DNA from: the human T2T-CHM13v2.0 reference genome, Homo sapiens
NCBI RefSeq assembly: GCF_009914755.1
Contig: NC_060938.1
DNA length: 64,000 nucleotides
Direction: 5' to 3' (one strand)
Shown: positions 15,487 to 31,801 of the stretch, piece after piece
Layout: each line of letters begins with the position of its first letter
Numbering within the stretch: the stretch's first letter is position 1
The notes under the pieces: model-generated
Databases searched by the model: none
Told to the model about the DNA's origin: nothing
Seen by the model: only the letters and a program-made list of their open reading frames with translations
Translations under genes and position numbers: made by a program

Positions 15487-15849
15487 ATGTGTTTTATACT
15501 GGGATATATATATACATACACACACACACACAGCAGTCACTAATCGGTGTGTGTGTATATACATACCTATATATATAATTTTTTTCACTGAATAAGAAAA
15601 TCTCTCTTGCCAAAAAAAAAAAAAAATGAGAAGCTCATTGTGAACCTTAGTCTCTATAGGGCTAAGAACACTTTTACAAGCACAGCAGAGGAAATCCCCA
15701 TCTTTGGGGCCAATAGACAGTGTTTTCAAAGGTGACAAAGGTGACAGGCCCCAGATGCTCCTGATTCCCTGAAATCTCAAATTGTTGGCCACTTCTTGTG
15801 CTGTGAGGAAAATTCCAAATGTTCTGCTTCCATTTTGAAGAGCCTAGAG

Positions 15850-16186
15850 CAGGAATCCATGACCCTTATTCTGTCATGGAGCAGATAATACATATTATAG
15901 GATTTGTGAGCCATGTGCTCTGTGTTGCAGCTATTCCACTCTGCTGTTGTAGTTCAGAAAGAGCAGTAGACAATTCTTAAATAAATGAGCATGGCTGAGT
16001 GAGTTCCAATACAATTTTATTTATGGACACTGAAATTTGAATTTCACATCATTTTCATGTGTCATAAAATATTGCCTTTTTTTGATTTTCTTTCAACCAT
16101 TTCAAACTGAGAAACACATTCTTAGCTTGTAGGCGATACAAAAATAAACAGGGATCCAGAATTGATTCATAGACCATAGTTTGCCT
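15850..16186. mobile_element. MER58B-like hAT DNA transposon
   Basis: ttatttatggacactgaaatttgaatttcac and ccatagtttgcc motifs. Confidence 0.75.
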
Positions 16187-16409
16187 AGAGTATTTCACTT
16201 TTTTCTAGAAGTTCCTTCTTATGAGTTTACTGGCATAAGATGAAAACAAAAACCAAATTTGGCAAGTTTACATTTTTCATTTTAGGTTAATGTTTTGAGA
16301 GCTGATAACCAGTTGAAATATCAGTGTGCATGGTACTTCAGTGTACTGAAGTCTTTCGAATCAGTTCTTAATCTGAGGGCCTACAAAAAAAAAAAAAAAA
16401 AAAAAAACC

Positions 16410-16697
16410 TTATTTATTTATTTATTTTGAGATGCAGTCTCACTCTGTCACCCAGGCTGGAGTGCAGTGGCACGATCCAGCTCACTGCAAGCTCTGCCTC
16501 CCGGATTTACACCATTCTCCTGCCTCAGCCTCCCGAGTAGCTGGGACTACAGGTGCCCGGCTAATTTTTTTGTATTTTTAGTAGAGACAGGATTTCACCG
16601 TGTTAGCCAGGATGGTCTCAATCTCCTGACCTTGTGATCTGCCTGCCTCGGCCTCCCAAAGTGCTGGGATTACAGGCATGAGCCACCGCACCTGGCC
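16410..16697 (-). mobile_element. AluY-like SINE
   Basis: caagctctgcctcccgg, accattctcc, gttagccaggatggtctc diagnostics; (TTTA)n tail. Confidence 0.92.
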
Positions 16698-17566
16698 TAA
16701 AAACAAACAAACATTTAACCGTGTTCACAGAGGTTTTCTAGAACTGAAGCCATACAAGCTTAATAGCAGGAAAAAACCCTGCAGAGATTTAAAAGTCTTA
16801 TCTCTAACATACTGGTTATTGGATTACCAATTAATATACGGATAATTTAGCTAACATTTCCATTTCCATTTATTCAGCCCCAAATTGATCAAGACACCTA
16901 ATTCATGGGGAGGAGGGGTTCTAAATTCATATATAAATTCAATCAACATATATTGAATACTTACTATGCTCCAGACATTGGATAGCAGCCACAATGAATA
17001 TTTTATTTTATTCCACAAGGGAATTGAAGTAGCTAAATAACATTTACATAGTGTTTATAATTATCAAATTGTTTTGAGAATTATTGTGTCATTTATTTGT
17101 CATTATGTCCTTTAATTCTCCTCTTAACTTGGTGAATTAGCTGGAAACATTTATATTTTCATGTAAACCCACTTTACTAGAAAGAAACCCAGACCCAGAG
17201 AACTTAAGCAACTTGAAGAACAGAACTTGAACCTGGGTTCTTTGGCACTAAATGCTTTTTCTTTCAATGATATCTGCTCACAGATAGAGACTGTTTCAGG
17301 CCCTTTGTGAACATGAAATATCTATAGCATACCTGAAATTTTAAAAACTACACATGAAGACAGATGTAGAGCAGTGAGGCTATCAGTCTCTTTGCAAGAA
17401 CAGAAGTTTAAATTGAAAATCCTATCTCATGAGGCAAATAGAATTTCCAGAACAGAAAATGGTCCTAATTGCTATGCCTCTGGAAAACCCCAACGTTTTG
17501 ATGGAAATGCAGGCAGCATTCCTACAGAAGATACAAATATATTTCCCCATAAAGGTAGATCAAGAA

Positions 17567-18280
<714 letters not shown>

Positions 18281-18809
18281 GAAATAACAGATGGTCTCAT
18301 TCTTGCTTCCACTTTGCCAAGCCTTAACCTCTTTACTCTTGCCACACGCATGCCCACATATCTTTCCCTCCTGAGCTAATGTCTGCCCAATAAATGAGAA
18401 GCTATCTGAGCAATGGTGGTGGCCTAGAAAGACTCTAAAACAAAGCAGCTGTTCACAATGGACATCAATCATCCCAGGTGTGGAACATGAACTATTACAG
18501 AGCCCAATGACCCAGAAGGCACACAGCAAATCAGCATCCTCCTAGGGAAACTCCTACTGTCTCTCAAAAATCACCCTCATTCACCAAGCATCCATGGCCT
18601 TGCCTGAGCATTCTATCCCCACACAGAACCCTTCTCTTAGCACAAATTTGGCACTTGAGTAAGCCCTGATGCTTTAATTCAGTGCTATTTAACAGTACCT
18701 ATATATTCACCACATTGCCAACTAGAATGTAATCTTCTATCAATTTCACTTCCTTATATCCCCGCCCCTTTGTTAATATCTACCACAGCAGTTGGCATTG
18801 TGAGAGTCT

Positions 18810-19218
18810 ATTGTATCAGTGGCTCAATTCACACAAGTATTCACACACTGTGTGCTTGCCTCCCATTTAGTTGGGGTTCTCTGTGTGACTAGCTTTAATC
18901 ATAGAATGACAGTGAAAATGACACTGTGCCAGTTCCCAGCCTAAGACCTGAGATAACCTACAACTTCTGCTTTGAGATCATGGGAATTCTAAGGTACTGT
19001 GTAACTTGAACTACTCTGCTGGAGAGAGAGAGAGGCCCTGCCCTCCCAATGTCCCAATTTAATCCAGTCCCAACTGACCCACAAGAAGTGACCACCAGTA
19101 AGATAAGCAGAAGAACTATTCAGCTGGGCCCATATTGCAGAACCATAAGAAAATTAAGTTATATATTTTTAAGCTACTAAATTTTGGCTTTATTATGCAA
19201 CAATGAATAACTGAAACA
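18810..19218 (+). mobile_element. MLT1 (H/I-like) MaLR LTR
   Basis: Typical 3' end ttttaagctactaaatttt...gcaacaatgaataactgaaaca. Confidence 0.65.
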
Positions 19219-19336
19219 GGTACTTGGAAAATGTTTTTTGACTCAATAAATGAATGAATAAAGTTTGTGATTTATTCATTGCTTTTGCTATGAAACTACC
19301 ATAGCAAAAAAATGTGACATTAAAAACTCATAAAGA

Positions 19337-19651
<315 letters not shown>

Positions 19652-20009
19652 CTCATAGAGTGATTGCAAAAAAGGAGAATGCATGAAAAAAAAGAAAAAA
19701 TAACATTTATTTAGAAATTTCTATGTCCTAGGCACTATATATACCAAGACATTTTCACATTCACATTGCATTTTCTCCACAACAACCCAATGGGGTAGAT
19801 ATTATTTTCCTATGTTTTTTATCGATGAGAAAACTGAAGTTCTGATCAAATTAATTTGGTCAAGGTCAAACAGCCAAAACGTATAAGAACTGGATTCAAA
19901 TACACATATTTGTGTTTACAATAGCCATACTTTTTCCACTCCATTGTACTGCCCACATAGACATTTGCATCCATTGGGGTATAACTATTAGCCCTAGCTC
20001 CATCATTGG

Positions 20010-20406
<397 letters not shown>

Positions 20407-23400
20407 TGATCCTGCTGCCCCTTCTGTAAAATACATCCTAACTCCCAGAATGGTTACAAAATTCCAGCAACTTTTCTTGAATGATAGTTGCTTATCTCTT
20501 CAGAACAGTCTGGGTGCAAGAAGCCCTTGGAACCAGATCAGACCTGAGACCAGACTCCATGATCCCTCTGGAAGAGATGCACCTGTACCAGTAGTGTCCC
20601 AGAAGCTTAGAAAAGCAAGAGGAAAAGGGCTGTGCCCCAGTCCAATGGCACCTCTTTAAATGCACTCCCATACTCTGGTATGCCCATGGTATGCCAGCTC
20701 AGTAAGTCTGAGTGTGACAGCAAATAAGTACGCATTCGGAAATGCTCTCCAATGGATTCTGATGCACAGCCAGGTTTGAAAACCACTATTCTAGTCCATT
20801 TAAGAATATAACTAATTAAAGAAAAATTCTTAGTCTTTACTCCTCAGAGTATATATCACACTGATGGTGTGTGAAAGGTCATGCATTTTTAAATGTGTGG
20901 ATCATCTATCTTGGCATTTTCAATTCACTAGATGTCATCACCTTCTTCTTTAATGTTGGCTTGTACAAAAACAGTTTAATATCACAAAAAAAATGAGTTT
21001 TTAAAATCTCAGTAGTAACCCTAATACTGATGCCGTTACCCCATATATGACGAGGTAGATTTAGGTTTGGTTCTTTGAACAGATACTACCGCACCTTTAC
21101 CATAACATATCCAGCTAATATAGTTCAATAGATTTAAGAATATATACCCTGCCTTCATGTTTATTTACTTTGCTTATTAAATGAAATATGATATAACTTC
21201 CAAATCAAAGTGTAACCTGGCTAACATCCTCCCATAAAGTTGCTCCTATGTTTGCACTAGAAGTATCCTTGAGAAATATAAGAAAAAACCCACCACTCAT
21301 GTAACTACATGATCAATAATCTCCATTCCAGAATCTTAGTAGAATCAACACAAAGCCCAAGGCATTTGGAATTGCACTGAGAAAAAAATTACTGATTGTT
21401 CGGCAGATCACATACCCTGGTTTGCTTCATGAAAAAGAAGCCATTTGGAAAAGAAATGCACAAACAAAAAATATATTTCTATTCCCCACCTCCAATCCCC
21501 TGAGTCCAAAAGAAACACAGCAACCAGAGACTAAGGCATCTGCCCTCTATTCTCTCTTGGGTTCTCCTTCTCTATGTGTCAAACACAATACTCTCCTCCC
21601 CCAGCCCACTCCTCCAAATCTCTGCATCCAGGCAGAGATTACAAATTCGAGAACACAGTGGAGTGATTAGTGTATGTACAGAGGTAGGAGGCACTAGGAG
21701 GGACTAGTGGCAGCTGGTGGCTTCTGGCTTCTGCCATGGGAGCAATGATTGCTGGGGATTGTGGTTTTTTGTTCATTATGATGGTTTGCATATCATAGAA
21801 TCAAGCATTTGAGATAGGTGTCACATTAAACAAATGCCCACTAAGAACTGGGGAATTTGATTGAAAGTTCAGTGCATTAACCTCCCTTCACATCTCTTAA
21901 AAAAAGATACCACATCAACATTTGTTTGTGAAAAACATGGTAAGGAGGGAATAAGAAAATGTCTATATACACTGTCTGATGACAAACATGGAGTCTAGCT
22001 TCGTCTCACCTTGTTCAAGAAAAAAATACAACACAAGTCTATGGGGAAAAATTATAAGATAAGGAAAGAGAACAATATTTAAGAGAGCAAGAAAAAGAGC
22101 TAACATCTGAAAATAAACTCTTTTTATAATGCAGAAAAAAATTTCCAAACTCTGATTAATTTCTTAGGCATGGTACAAAAAGACAGAGTTTTTAATAAAG
22201 AGAAGCAGAACGAGGAAACGAGATGGTAAAATGATGAAGGATTTTAAGGAAATTAAAAATATTAAAGCATGCAGCACAGTTTTGGTAAATGGTTGGGCAA
22301 TATCTACTAAAGCTTATTATATATATGCTCTATTATCCAGCAAGCCCTCTAGCAGGTATATTTACCCTAAGAAACTTTTCAGAGGCATCGAGATACAAAT
22401 TTCAACAATGCTTATAGCAGCATTGTTTGTAGTAGCCAAAAACCATAGAAAACCCAATTGCCCAACTGTTGAGAGGGTAATATGGTAGTATACACAAATA
22501 ACGACATGCTGTACAAAAAATGAGCAACCTATAGCTAGTCTCAACACAGAGAAGTGTCACAAATATAATGACTTGTGAAAGAAGAAGTCAAACCAAAAAT
22601 TCAAATTGGTTGATTTTATGTATCTAAAGTTTAAAAACTAAACAACAGTATTTAGGGATGCACACTTGGGTTGCCAAGCTGCTGAAAACAAAAAGGTCAG
22701 AGGGGAGGGAGGAGAACACAGAGGTTGGTTGATCACGGGGAACTCACCTGAGCACTCCCGGGGCTTGGGCTCTGGTCCCTGCTAATCCTCAGAGCCGATG
22801 AAAACTGGTCATAGGATAAAGAAGCAGCCAAATCTGCAGCAGGCAGAGAGGGGAGGCAGGAACTGGAGAGGACGCGAGTGGTGGGCGGCAGGGGTGGTGT
22901 GCAGGGTGATGTCCACCAAGCAGAGAGGGTTCCTTGTTTCCCAGAGCCGAACACAGGAAAATCAGCTGGAAGCCATGGAAATGAATAAGGAGCTGTTGAA
23001 GTTGCCAGCTTCCTTGAGTAACTGTGTAAACCTCTCGTCTTCTATTCTCATGGCCAATAGTGCTTCCAATGGTCAAAACTCAAGCCTCAAGATAAAGCAT
23101 GTAAATAGCCTGAGAAGAGCAGTGTTGGTGCCTAGTGGAGAGGAGCCAGTCAGGGCCTTCAGTTACCCAAGGGGACTTGGATTGCGTAGAATTTAGCGAT
23201 CTCACTTTGTAGCGTGTCCTTCAGCAAGTCACTTTCTCTGTGCTCCAACTTCCTCCTCTGAAAAACTAGAGAATCTAACTGGATCATCTCCAAGATCCTT
23301 TCCAATTGAAAAATTTCATCACCTGTGATGATTTTCCTGTACAATGCAATTTGAGAAGGAAACTAGCATTTATGAAACCACTGATATGTGCCAAATCTTT

Positions 23401-24749
23401 CACATGTATTGCTATTTCCATTTTAAGTGTAAGAATAATATCAAGTTCAGAGACGTGAAAGAAGTGGTCCAAGATCAATCATCCAGTACCTGGAGGACTC
23501 TAGATTCAAACGCACATTTATGAGACTGTAAAACCATTGCTCTTTCCATGACACCATGTTTTTAGGGACTGCCCATCTAATGGTTCCTTACAAGATAGAG
23601 CTGCATATAGAGGGGGAAATGTAACCTACTCTATATGCAGCTATAAAAACAAAGAATCTGGATTCTAACCACTTAGCTTCTCCAGAGTCATAATGTGTTA
23701 GGAAGGAGTGAATGAGAAAGAATTTTATTGCTTCTCTGGCCTCCCATGTGACTAAGAGATTGCCTGAGATGTGTGTGCAGACTCTCAAAGAAAAAGTTGC
23801 ATAATCATCAGGCACTGGACCTTGCTGTCATCTCGGTAAACGAAATCCTAGATATGGAATACAGCTGCTATCTCAGCAGCTGGATCCAGCTTGGGATGTG
23901 CTTGTGTCCAGCGGAGCCCACGGCAGCCTTATGAAAGCCCTCCTGAGCCTGTTTCTAGAATCTCCTCTGAGACCATAAGAAACTGCCCAGAGCTTAGCCC
24001 TTCAGCCCCACTGACAGGCTGGGCCAGTCTCCACCAAGTCCAGGCTCCACCAAGGCCTGGATTCTGGCTCTTTCACTCAGTCATTCATCTGTCCCTGAGT
24101 CTTCCAGAGAAAGAAGTCTGCCGAGTGTCCAGAGCAGACAGCGAAGCAGGGAATCAAGGAAGCTCTTGGCCAGCTTGTAGGCAGCCCAAGTCCTGGCATC
24201 CCACAGGAGAGGAGAAGGGCCCCTGCCTTTCCAAGCCAAAGGCTCACACAAGCGAAGGATGGGCCTAAAATCCTCACTCTGGAAGCAACTGACTGAGGTC
24301 CTGCCACCCAGCCCCAGCCCCATGCACAACTGATAAGACAAACGCTTCCTGTCTTGAGTTCCCCATTTGGGTAGTTGTCCCAGGGGTCTGATCTTCTCCC
24401 CAATCTCACAAGCTTTGGGCAGGTCATTGGGCCCTCATCCCTGAAGTCAGGCACTGGGCTGAATCTATTCTGGCTTTAGGGTTCTGAATATGTGATGTCT
24501 CATCTTCTGCTGAAGGGTTTTTCATGGAGTACTGAAAACCCTTAAAGCAGAATATTTCAGAGTGTGTTCTGTGACTTGCAAATTATTCTGTGAGGAGAAT
24601 ACGATGATGCGGGAGGCACAGAACTAGGTTTCTGTGGTCAGCTAAGTTGTGGAAATGCAGTAAGATCCATCTGTCTTTTGGAATCTTGATCCACGTGAAC
24701 ATAGGAAAGGCTCTGAGAAGCTCTTCATTCACAGACACACACACACACA

Positions 24750-25505
24750 AATAGATAAATTGGACTTCAACACAATTAAAAACATTTGTGCTTCAAAGGA
24801 CAATATCGAGAAAGTGAAAAGACAACCCAGAGATTAGGAAAAAAATATTTGCAAATCATATATCTGATAAGGGTCTAGTATCTGGAAAATATAAAGAACT
24901 TCTACAATTTAACAATGACAAAAAAATTGATTTTTAAAATAAGCAAAAGACTTGAATAGACATTTCTTCAAAGAATATATATAAATGGACAACAAGCATA
25001 TGAAAAGATGTTCAACATCACTAATTATTAAGAAATGCAAATCGAAACCAAAAGGAGGTACTATCTCACACCCAATAGGATGGCTGCTATCAAAAGCACA
25101 GAAAGCAACAAACATTGGCAATGATATGGAGAAATTGGAACAGAATCTGTGTGCAATATTGATAGGAATGTAAATTGGTGCAACAGCTATAGAAAGCAGT
25201 ATGACAGTTCTTCAAAATATTAAAAATAGAATTGCCATATGATTCAGCAATTCCACTTCTCAGTATACACCCAAAAGAATTGCAAGCAGAATCTCAAAGA
25301 GATATTTGTACACTCATGTTCATGGCAAGATTATTCACCATAGCCAAAGGTAGAAGCAACCCATCTGTCCGTCGACAGATGAATAGATAAACAAAATGTG
25401 ATATGCAATGAAATATTATTGAGCCTTACAGAGAAAGGAAATTCTCATACATGCTACAACATGGATAAACCTTGATGAAATGCTAAGTGAAGTAAACCAG
25501 CCACA
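24750..25505 (+). mobile_element. L1MB-type LINE 3' fragment
   Basis: Degenerate ORF2 C-terminus (aagcatatgaaaagatgttcaacatcact, cagcaattccacttct). Confidence 0.85.
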
Positions 25506-25634
25506 GGAAAAAAAAAAAAGAAAAAGAAAAGGTCACACGGTGATTACCATCAAAGTCAGAAGAGTATTGCAGTTAAGAAGAGCATGCTTGGTATGAGGCA
25601 TGTGGGGAGCCTATGGGATGCTGTAATGTTCTGG

Positions 25635-25927
25635 TTTCTTTTTTTTTTAGAGATGTGGTCTTGCACTGTTATCCAAGCTGGAGTGCAGTGACACGCTCAC
25701 AGCTCACTGCAGCCTTGAACTCCTGGGTTCAAGAAATCCTCCTGCCTCTGCCTCCCAGTAACTGGGACTACAGGCACACACTACCATGCCTGGCTAATTT
25801 TTTTATCTTTTGTAGAGATGGAGGTCTCGCTGCATTTCCCAAGCTGTCTCAAATGAAGTCCTGAAAATGCTCCTGACTCAGCTTCCCAAAGCACTGGGAT
25901 TATGTGTGTGAGCCACCACTCCCAGCC
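25635..25927 (-). mobile_element. AluJ-type SINE
   Basis: Diverged antisense Alu; flanking tgttctg(g)tttctt duplication. Confidence 0.9.
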
Positions 25928-26653
25928 TACAGTGTTCTGTTTCTTAACCCGAGGTGATAAACAGTTTATTCCCATGATTTCTCAAGGTGTATATTTAGGA
26001 TTTATACCCTTTTCTTCATGTGCATGTATTTTTATTATTTTTAAAGTTTTATAAACATATTAGCAGAATTAAAATCTAGGTTGAGGAAAAAAACAGGTTT
26101 AATAAAAGAAAAATAAGGATAAACTTGTATACTCATATAGAATATAAAGGAAAAAAACTAAAGAGAAAAACAATGAGAGCTAAGATGATGACCATGAAAG
26201 AAAGAGAATTAAGAGATGGAAATTTAGGCAACTGATGTTCCCAGAAAAAAAGTCCAAAATGAAACAGAAAGGTATAAAAGGTACTAAGCTTTATAATTGT
26301 ATAGAATTTATAACTTTATAGAATTAATTCACTGAATCCTTACAATAACCCTATGAGGAATACCATTTTTAGGTTCTTTATACTACTGGGAAAACCAACG
26401 TCAAAATTTCCCAAGGCCTTATGACTGGTAAGTGAGAAGCAGGTCAGTGGTAGACAGAGGCCTTGAACCCCTCCCTGTCTGTGAGGTCCTAAAGTCAGCT
26501 CTCTGAGACACTGTATCACACTGTCCCCTATTATTTCCTGTTCCAGATTAAAATATAATGTACTGCAATATTCCATGCCAAAGAATGGCAGTAAAATATT
26601 TTAAAAGACTTTAGGGGAAACTCGTATTTTGATCCAAGAATTTTATACGCAGT

Positions 26654-26999
26654 TGTCTTAGTCCATTCAGGCTACTATTATAAAATACCATAGACTGGAT
26701 AGATTATAAACAGCATTTATTGCTCACAGTTCAGGAGACTGGAAAGTCCAAGATCAAAGCACCAGCAGATTCGGTGTCTGGTGGGGGCCTGCTTCCTCAC
26801 AGACAACCTTTTTCTCACTCTAACCACACATAGCAAAAGAGGCAAAGGGGTCTCTCTTGGGCCACTAATCTCATTCACGAGGGCTCCACCCCCATGACCT
26901 AATTACCACCCAAAGGCCCCACCTCCTAATACCATCACTTTGTGGGTGACAATTTCAACGTATGAAGTTTAGGGGGACATAAACATTCAGACCATAGTA
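26654..26999 (-). mobile_element. MLT1A-type MaLR LTR inserted in ancient L1M sequence
   Basis: tgtcttagtccattcaggct...aaacattcagaccatagta; TSD gcagt/gcagc; flanks rejoin as an L1 ORF1-like aagaattttatac-cagccaagttgtc. Confidence 0.85.
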
Positions 27000-27229
27000 G
27001 CAGCCAAGTTGTCTCACCCTTGTGAAAGCAACAAGACAAACTCAGATATCTTAAAAAATACACCCATTCATGTGTAAATCTTTTTTAAGAAGATGTGTGA
27101 AGACAAATTTCAATTGACTGAAGAAAAAGCCCTAAAAGGAGATGAAAATGAAGAAGGAATGACATTACTCCCAGACCTCCAAAATGACTGAAACAAAGAT
27201 ACATTACATTGTAGGAACAGGTTTTTTTA

Positions 27230-27563
<334 letters not shown>

Positions 27564-29151
27564 CTAAACTAAAGCAATGTCAAAACATTCTTAATAGATA
27601 CAATTTTTTATATTTTTATAATAATCTGGAATTTTTAAATCTAGATTTTTACAATTAAAAAAAATTTACAATAATCCAGAATACATTAACAAAAATGGGT
27701 GAATGAGGAACAATGAGCAGCAAGAAGGTGGAAGGTAATGGAAAAACATGACTTTACTCTTTAACAACTGGAGAAATGTAAGTTAAAAAGTGCTTTTGGA
27801 CATGAGGACACATCAAGTTTGACCTTTGAACATTTGAACAGAAAGTACTGGACAAGCCAATAACCAGGAAAATATTTCAAGTTCTGGCCAGAGAGTCTAA
27901 CCCTGGTTTTTACTTCCCCTCCATCTAACACTGGCCTGTAAACATCTGTCCCCCACCTCCTGAGTGTTCAATTCCGTTGAAGTGCTTTCAAATATCCTCC
28001 AAGTTATACCCAAAAACTATGAATCTGAATGTTCCCAAATGTTTCTTTCCAGCTGCACCAGAGTTGTGCTGAGTTCCACCTAGGCAGGTCCCAGTGGTCT
28101 GCAGTACTCTTGATTTCTTCAATCAGATAGTAGGCATCTCCAGACCCAGGAATGACTCAGCTTCACTTTGAATTTGAGATTTTATACTCTGCATCACTCC
28201 TAAATCATTTAAGAAAGCTGAAATAGCTTTTCCGTTTTCCAAACTCCCCAGACCAAATATAGTGCTGATTATACCCAACAGGTATTAAATAGGGGGGTGA
28301 TTGCAGTTAACAAAAAAAAAAAAAAAAAAGTGCTTTTGAAAACTAAGTACTGTAACAAAATTTAAATGTGTGTTTATCTCCAAAGAAGGACAAATAAGAT
28401 CCATACTTCAAAACAATAGAAATGCAAAGAACTATCAAAACAAAACTTGAAACAAGATGATAAGTAAGACCTAATGCATTAAAGTCAAAGGGCTGCGGAT
28501 TGAGTTCAAACTGCTGTTTTTAAGAGGCTGTTATAATATAAAATGCCATAAATGGGATAAAAGTAAAAGAAAAGGAAAAATATATGAAAGACAAAGGCAA
28601 ACAAAAGAGAAACAGAAAAGAAAATACTAATTTCAAATTAAAATGAATTTAAGGCCAAAAGCTTTACATAGGGCAAATACTATCATTTTATATTAAGGTT
28701 TCTTTGTATCACAGTGACAGTCCAATCCTTACATGCTGACTAGAATTGTATTGAAACACATACAGATTTCTTAAAAATGCAAGGATATGTCTTCAGTAAC
28801 TCAGTCATAATAGGAGATTTTGACAGTCTCCACCTTGACAAATCCAATAAGAAAAAACTAAACACGACACAATGTTTTAAAAAATACATAATACTATTTA
28901 ATGAATATATATCAAATTATGTATCCCACAAGTCAAGCACCACCTTCTAAAAACCTTCTAAGTAAAAGAAAAAAATCAAAACTACTGTTACAATCAATTT
29001 AGAAATAATCAAAATGAGAACACTGCAGTACATATAAAAGGATATGATATTACAAATGAGGCACTCAGGGGAAAAAAATTGTAAGCACTTTAAATATTAA
29101 GCAATTTTAAGTGTCAAAATAATGAACTGAGAACTTATAAGAAAACAGTAA

Positions 29152-29320
29152 GGCCACGTGCAATGGTGCATGCCTATAGTCCTAGCTACTCAGGAGGATG
29201 ACGTGAGCCCAGGAGTTTGAAGGAGTTTGAAGCTGTAGGGCTCCATGACTGTGCCTGTGAATAGTCATGGCACTCCAGGCTGGGAAACTCTGCAAGATCT
29301 GTTTCTAAAAACAAACAAAT
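29152..29320 (+). mobile_element. Alu monomer (FAM/FRAM-like)
   Basis: Single diverged arm with a 10-nt duplication aggagtttga. Confidence 0.75.
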
Positions 29321-30490
29321 AAAAGCAATAAAACCAGTCAAGGGTAAGCACGAGGAAGGAATTAATGAATAGGAAAAGAAGAAAGTAATAAATAAGAAAA
29401 TAGAAAAATATTAAAACTGATGTATTACCCCCAAAGATGGTTCTTTGAAAGAACTGATAAAAGAGACAAACTTCTGTTGAATCTAATTAGGAAGCAGACA
29501 GAAAGTACTCATAGAAGACTACTGGATTCACATCAGGAATCCAGATATGAGAACTTTTTTAGATAAAAGATTAAAACTTAAATAAATCAGGATCAAATAA
29601 TGAAATACCGTTTCACACCAGTTAGCCTAGCAAAAATTATAAAACTCTAACAATAACAAAGGCTGTGCATATGTAGTTGAATAGCTAGGCTAGACCACAG
29701 CAAACTGCTTTGGTTTTGAGGATAAGCAAGCCTAGAGACTTCAAGTAGTTCAAAGTTGCTTTTATTTTAGTCTACTATGCAAACAGCAAATAGGCCGTGT
29801 GGAGGATGTCTATCTGAGATGCAGGTGGGTGGATGTGGCTCCCTGTTACTTCCCTTGCATTTCATGGTGGCACACTGGAACTTCAGTCCATCAGGTCAGA
29901 GGACCATAGAATAGAGGGGTCCCTGATTCTTTATATCCCTAAACACATTAAAACCCAGAAACAACTTTTTTCACTCAAAAAGCCAAAGTGCCCATGCCTA
30001 GTGTTCAAACTCCATGACTTGACATCCTTGACATGGCAGCTCTGGGGCAATGCCCGTTGTCTGCACTGCAGGATCCTGGAGTCTTCCATTTGTGTCCACT
30101 TGAGATTTTTAATGCAATGGCTTGGCCATAATATTTCACAAGATAACCCACTACCCCATCCATTTTTTAATTCATTTATTCAACGAATATTTGGCAGCCT
30201 TTTATGTGCCAAGCCACGTAATAAGTTCTGGGAATGCAAAAACTTTGGACAAAAATAACTGCCCTCAGTATGGGCAGCACATTCTAACAGGAAAGACCAA
30301 TACTGTAAAAAAAACAAACAAACAAACAAACAAAACAAACAAAGAAACCGTGTAATATTGACTGTGTACAGATAGCCATAAGAGCAAGTCATGGGAATTC
30401 AGAGAAGCTTTCACTGGGAAGGTACCTTTAAGAATGAGCTTTCTAGCCAAAGAGAGGTGACTCCAAGCAGAGCAGCCTTCTCCTCCAGAT

Positions 30491-30588
30491 CCTATCACTT
30501 CCACTGGCCTCCTCGGAACATCATCCCTCTTGTCTAAATCCTATCACTTCCACAGGCCTCCTCAGAACATCATCTCTCTTGTCTAAAT
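30491..30588 (+). repeat. Tandem duplication, 2 x 49 nt (46/49 identical)
   Basis: cctatcacttccacWggcctcctcRgaacatcatcYctcttgtctaaat twice. Confidence 0.95.
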
Positions 30589-30731
30589 GACAGGTATTTC
30601 CCAGACACCTCCTTGTTGATTGCATTCAGCCTGACACTCTTCAGGCTTCTCCATTCTGTACATTTCCCTGCTTTATTCTGCCATGTGATCCTCATTGCCT
30701 TCAAGAGAAAATCTAAACTTCTTAACCTTAT

Positions 30732-31135
30732 TGATATGGTTTGGATGTTGTCCCGTCTAAATCTCATGTTGAATTGTAATCCCCAATGTTGGAGGTGGGG
30801 CCTAAAGGGAGGTGATTCGGTCACAAGAGGGGATCCCTCATGGCTTGGTGCTATCTTTGTGACAGTCGTGAGTTCTCATGAGATCTGGTTATTTAAAAGT
30901 GTGTGGCACTTCCTCCTCCTCTCTTGCTCGGGTTTTCACCATGTGAGGCACTTGCTCCCTCTTTGCCTTCCACCGTGAGTACAAGCTCTCTGAGGCCCTG
31001 AGCAGAAGCCAAGCAGATGTCAGTGCCATATTTCCTGCACAGCCTGAAGAACTGTAAGCCAATCAAACCTCTTTTCTTTATAAATTACCCAGCCCCAGGT
31101 ATTTATTTATAGCAACACAGGAACAGCCTAACACA
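30732..31135 (+). mobile_element. MST-family (MSTA/B) MaLR LTR
   Basis: tgatatggtttggatgttgtcc...ttataaattacccag...cctaacaca. Confidence 0.88.
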
Positions 31136-31437
31136 TCTGACTTACATGGATCTTCAAGATCTGGCCTATGTTTATCTCACCAGTATCATTTACTGAATTT
31201 TCCCAGTGTATTTAATTGGGAGAGACAGAAATTACTCAACTAAGATCACTTTCTAGACTCTTGCAAGTGAATTGCTTGCTAGATTTTCTTGCAGCTACCA
31301 ACATTCTCTTTGCAACACGTGCCTGATATAGGACCAGAGCCTGGGAAAGTGCTATACACGTTCAGTGATGGTGATGATGCAGTTGGGAATGAGGTGCTGG
31401 AAGTAGACTATAGGTCCATTAAAAATAAGTGAATCAG

Positions 31438-31801
<364 letters not shown>

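Noticed and set aside
22733-24454. ORFs of 125-132 aa in moderately GC-rich unique sequence
   Set aside because: No recognisable protein similarity, splice structure or promoter; consistent with chance.
29672-30140. Possible old ERVL-type LTR (TG...CA bounded)
   Set aside because: Family and boundaries could not be supported without a database search.
30491-30588. Direct repeats as CRISPR-like array (also 49872-49930 and 62236-62263)
   Set aside because: Two adjacent copies with no spacers in eukaryotic DNA.
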